This document shows positions 60,880-64,000 of a stretch of 64,000 bases of DNA, in pieces. Below the pieces are notes generated by a model, which was not told the DNA's origin, did no database searches, and saw only the letters and a program-made list of their open reading frames with translations. Each line of letters opens with the position of its first letter. Positions within the stretch are counted from its first letter, which is position 1. Location of the stretch: the IMG/VR virus record IMGVR_UViG_3300027754_000034, positions 124,001-188,000 of that record; one strand, given 5' to 3'. The position numbers and the translations under genes are program-made.

Positions 60880-63183
60880 ATGAATACTCGTATATCTGCT
60901 GCGGAGATCATCCATCTTTATAGAACCAGAATAGCGTCACTAGAGGATGATTTAGGAAATCGAGTAAGATTGTACCTGGAATCGAAATTTCCAGGTACAA
61001 ATATCGAATTATCACCTAAGCGAATAGGTGTCAGATTATATAAGATACTTAGCCAAAATACTAAAAGTGATATCGATACACTAATTGAATCACTATTTGA
61101 AAAGTTAGAGTCCAAATCTTTAAGTGCGAATGATGTGGACGAAGCATATGCGAATCTAATAACGGTTGCTAAGGGAGTGGCCTCTGGCGCGACGTCTTCC
61201 AAGGATCCCGTTCAGAAAAGTACAAAGACCTCCATCCCGGAGATCGATACAGATGCTATTAAGGCCAGAGATTTCGGAAATTCTCTAATCGCTGTCCTAC
61301 AAAGGAATTCATTTTTAGGGGAATTCGCTAATGATTCTCCAGAATCTATAGGCAGAAGATTAATATCGATTGCAAAGTATCAGTTGGCAGGGAATTTACA
61401 AAAGGCATATGATGCCATACAGGATTTACTGAAGTATTATGTAACTTCCGATTATGACTTTACGAAAAGAGCAGACAATATAAATCAGGCAATATTAAAA
61501 GTATTTGGAGATTTAAAAAGTAGATCGATGTCGCGCTCTAAATCTGAGCGTCAATATAAGCACAAGAGTGATATAGACGAGATGTCTGCACTGTTGTGGA
61601 AAAAGAATAAAGTAGAATCAAAATCACTGTTCAAAGGAATTCCAATAAAATGGACAAGTAAAGATGAACAGAGATTTAGGAGTTTAGGCGAAAAACTGAA
61701 GGGTGATGGAATAGATAGTTCTATCATAACTCCAAAGCCTCCAGATATGACTTCGGAGCGCAAAGAAGAATTCGCAGAGGAAGCATTTGGGACTCGTTCA
61801 GATAGTGGAGTATCTGAGGGAGGGATTGATAAAATACCGGAGGGGGCTCAAAAGTTTCTAGAAATAGGCGATGCTGAGGTAGATACTTTAAGTGGGGAAA
61901 AGCATTTCATAAAAATACTTCAGAGTCATTTTCCTGAAATTAAATCAACACTGGATGATAAAGAAAAATTATTATTTGAATTAATTGTAGAACAGGGATC
62001 AGGGTTTTACAATTCAGCGAAGGAAATAAAGAAAAAGGATGGTACTACGGAGATCGTAGAATCAAAGAAAAAATGGTCAGGGAGTTTGCTTCCTGGCGAA
62101 GAACATAATATGAATTTAGGAGGGGCATGGAAAGAAGCATGTCTGCTCGAAAATCCGACTTGGGTATCTTGGTATCAAGACAGACCTGGTCGGTTAACAA
62201 AATTACGAGAAGTTCTCTTAGATAAGATTCAGAGCTATCTCGATAATAAATTACCTAAAGAAGATTACGAGGTATTGTACTCAACATGGAATACTTCTGG
62301 TGGTAAGGTAATAGATAAAGATTTAGAAAGATTTCAATATGAAAGAGGTCGCTTAGAAAGGAAAAAACAAAAATTAGAGGAGAGTATAACGACCAGAGGT
62401 CTTTCTCCTCAAGAGGAAGCAGAAATTGAGCGTTATAACGATAAATTCATTTTAGAAGATGAATATGGTAAACTAAAGTACTATGATGATATTAGGGAAT
62501 TAACTCATAAAGAAGAACGGAGGTTAGAGGAACTGCCGTTACTTTTAAAGAAATATAATGTAAATCTTAATAGTATACCCAAGATTCCACCTAAGACGCC
62601 GACACCAGTGGAACATCTAATGTGGCTTAATAAATTAGAAGACACAAGAGCGTTAACTCCTTCTTTAGATATTCTGATGGATAAGGTATATGATGAAGTG
62701 TTGGATATGTTCGATGGGAAGGGGTCAATAGTCCGTTCCATAATTTCGGAAATGCCTTCTTCTTCGAATCTGTCTCTATTAAATTCGATGGCGAAGGGAT
62801 TACAAAAAGTACGAGAAGAGAAAGTACGAATAAAGGATCTTCCTGCTCAGAAGGAAAAAGAATCCGAGAATGGATCAAGAGATTTTGAAGATTCAGAAGA
62901 AGACTCGGTAAAGAAAGAATCCATTAAAAAAATTAAAGATATGCTTGCTCAAATCAAGCGAGCTGTTCCCCTAAAATATCTAGATCTCTTGAATGATGTA
63001 AAAGCATTTGCAGATGGAAACCCTCCATCTAGACTCCGAGATAAGAATTTTTGGAAGGATCTGGAGCCCAGTGACTTTCGAGATATTTTAAATGCAATAC
63101 CTGGAGCGAATCAATTATTAGAAGAATCTTTAGGTGTCAAAAAGGCGTCATACCTAGAACGGATTGCACTAAGTATCATGTAA
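60880..63183 (+). CDS. Large protein with degenerate sigma2/sigma4-like segments and terminal 'RIA' motifs
   Basis: RRLISIAKYQLAGNLQKAYDAIQD; LDDKEKLLFEL; N-terminal YRTRIAS, C-terminal KKASYLERIA. Confidence 0.45.
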   Translation: MNTRISAAEIIHLYRTRIASLEDDLGNRVRLYLESKFPGTNIELSPKRIGVRLYKILSQNTKSDIDTLIESLFEKLESKSLSANDVDEAYANLITVAKGVASGATSSKDPVQKSTKTSIPEIDTDAIKARDFGNSLIAVLQRNSFLGEFANDSPESIGRRLISIAKYQLAGNLQKAYDAIQDLLKYYVTSDYDFTKRADNINQAILKVFGDLKSRSMSRSKSERQYKHKSDIDEMSALLWKKNKVESKSLFKGIPIKWTSKDEQRFRSLGEKLKGDGIDSSIITPKPPDMTSERKEEFAEEAFGTRSDSGVSEGGIDKIPEGAQKFLEIGDAEVDTLSGEKHFIKILQSHFPEIKSTLDDKEKLLFELIVEQGSGFYNSAKEIKKKDGTTEIVESKKKWSGSLLPGEEHNMNLGGAWKEACLLENPTWVSWYQDRPGRLTKLREVLLDKIQSYLDNKLPKEDYEVLYSTWNTSGGKVIDKDLERFQYERGRLERKKQKLEESITTRGLSPQEEAEIERYNDKFILEDEYGKLKYYDDIRELTHKEERRLEELPLLLKKYNVNLNSIPKIPPKTPTPVEHLMWLNKLEDTRALTPSLDILMDKVYDEVLDMFDGKGSIVRSIISEMPSSSNLSLLNSMAKGLQKVREEKVRIKDLPAQKEKESENGSRDFEDSEEDSVKKESIKKIKDMLAQIKRAVPLKYLDLLNDVKAFADGNPPSRLRDKNFWKDLEPSDFRDILNAIPGANQLLEESLGVKKASYLERIALSIM

Positions 63184-63184
63184 A

Positions 63185-63514
63185 ATGGATGGAAGTTCAA
63201 AAAATAGTGTAGTAGATGGTGTTTTATTCAGACCCGTATCCTTGTCATATGCCCTATCTGAATTTCCTGTATTAATATATGACATGATTTGTAGAAGAGT
63301 TCATATAAACCCAATATCTACTGCAAATGGTTTATATGGAGTAAAGATATTTGGCCGCAATAATAAAATATGGACTCTGAGAACTGAAGATTATGATAAG
63401 TGTCTTAATATCACAAGAAAATTCAGTTCATCCGCTCTTTTTCCTTCTTCTATTGAATCTACTCTAGAAATTGTAAAAAGTTTCATCTCTGTTGAATTTG
63501 CAGGTAGAGTATGA
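63185..63514 (+). CDS. Hypothetical protein
   Basis: ORF track. Confidence 0.45.
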   Translation: MDGSSKNSVVDGVLFRPVSLSYALSEFPVLIYDMICRRVHINPISTANGLYGVKIFGRNNKIWTLRTEDYDKCLNITRKFSSSALFPSSIESTLEIVKSFISVEFAGRV

Positions 63515-63701
63515 CATGAAGAATAAAGAAGAAGTATTTGTAGTTTGTAAGCGTGGTAAAGACAATGCTACTGCTGGTCAGCATTGTTCAAGCAACCTTG
63601 CATATAAGATGTCGGAGGATGGATCTCATTCAGTAATATTCAGGTGTGTAAAGTGTAGCTACCAATGGAGCACTCCTATTGGTGGTTCTGTTAGTTTATG
63701 A
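63492..63701 (+). CDS. Zinc-ribbon protein (TFIIS/RNAP-subunit-like)
   Basis: CKR...C...IFRCVKCSYQW. Confidence 0.55.
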   Translation: MNLQVEYDMKNKEEVFVVCKRGKDNATAGQHCSSNLAYKMSEDGSHSVIFRCVKCSYQWSTPIGGSVSL

Positions 63702-63880
63702 TATTTTTTTGCCCGGATTGTAACAGCAAACTAGATCAGTCTGCGTTTCCGGGTAAATTATACTGCAATCTTTGTGATTGTAATTTCTCATTGGAGATTA
63801 AATTTATAAAAGAAAATAATGAACACTCTTTATATAGGAAACAAACATGCGCAAGAATTGACGAGAAGAGTAATAGATGA
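63698..63880 (+). CDS. Small zinc-ribbon protein
   Basis: CPDC...LYCNLC. Confidence 0.45.
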   Translation: MIFFCPDCNSKLDQSAFPGKLYCNLCDCNFSLEIKFIKENNEHSLYRKQTCARIDEKSNR

Positions 63881-64000
63881 TGGCTTAGGTCCAGTTTTAC
63901 TCCAAGGACCGGGAGGAATAGGAAAATGTTCTTTTATTAAAGAAATTCTTTTATCACAAGAGTATAAAGTTAGTATATTGAATAAAGAAAGTAAGATAGA
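63819..64000 (+). CDS. Clamp-loader-like AAA+ subunit, partial
   Basis: My translation MNTLYIGNKHAQ...VLLQGPGGIGKCS (Walker A in DnaX/HolB-like position). Confidence 0.6.
   Translation, partial: MNTLYIGNKHAQELTRRVIDDGLGPVLLQGPGGIGKCSFIKEILLSQEYKVSILNKESKI

Overview
A 64 kb piece of a large tailed bacteriophage genome (genetic code 11; bacterial-type tRNAs, amidase endolysin, DnaE, TilS, sigma-like genes; no capsid or terminase gene in the window). Positions 1-39 kb are an almost entirely minus-strand 'early/accessory' arm of small genes, 7 tRNA or tRNA-like genes and strong hairpins. It is punctuated by 22 same-orientation copies of an ECF-sigma-like motif (minus strand GACA[G/A]-N15-CGTC[T/C]), four of them in tandem at 38.9-39.1 kb. 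These abut a 40-bp perfect palindrome and iteron-like repeats (candidate origin or terminus). Positions 40-64 kb are AT-richer and hold replication, nucleotide-metabolism and virion-surface genes. Highlights: (1) a PurZ-signature synthetase together with a phage-captured PurB, a dNMP kinase, a Mom-like domain and a minimal DnaE, which suggests a largely self-contained 2-aminoadenine (Z) or related base-modification pathway; (2) at least 13 mostly unrelated proteins ending in the same C-terminal tag, h-x-x-[VI]-[MHQ]-x-x-stop; (3) two highly derived, insertion-split ECF-like sigma factors that may read the repeated promoter; (4) a group IC3 intron in a tRNA(CAU) near tilS, and a rare tRNA-Ser(ACU) near a TadA/CDA-like deaminase. 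All protein calls come from motif recognition by eye, not database searches.
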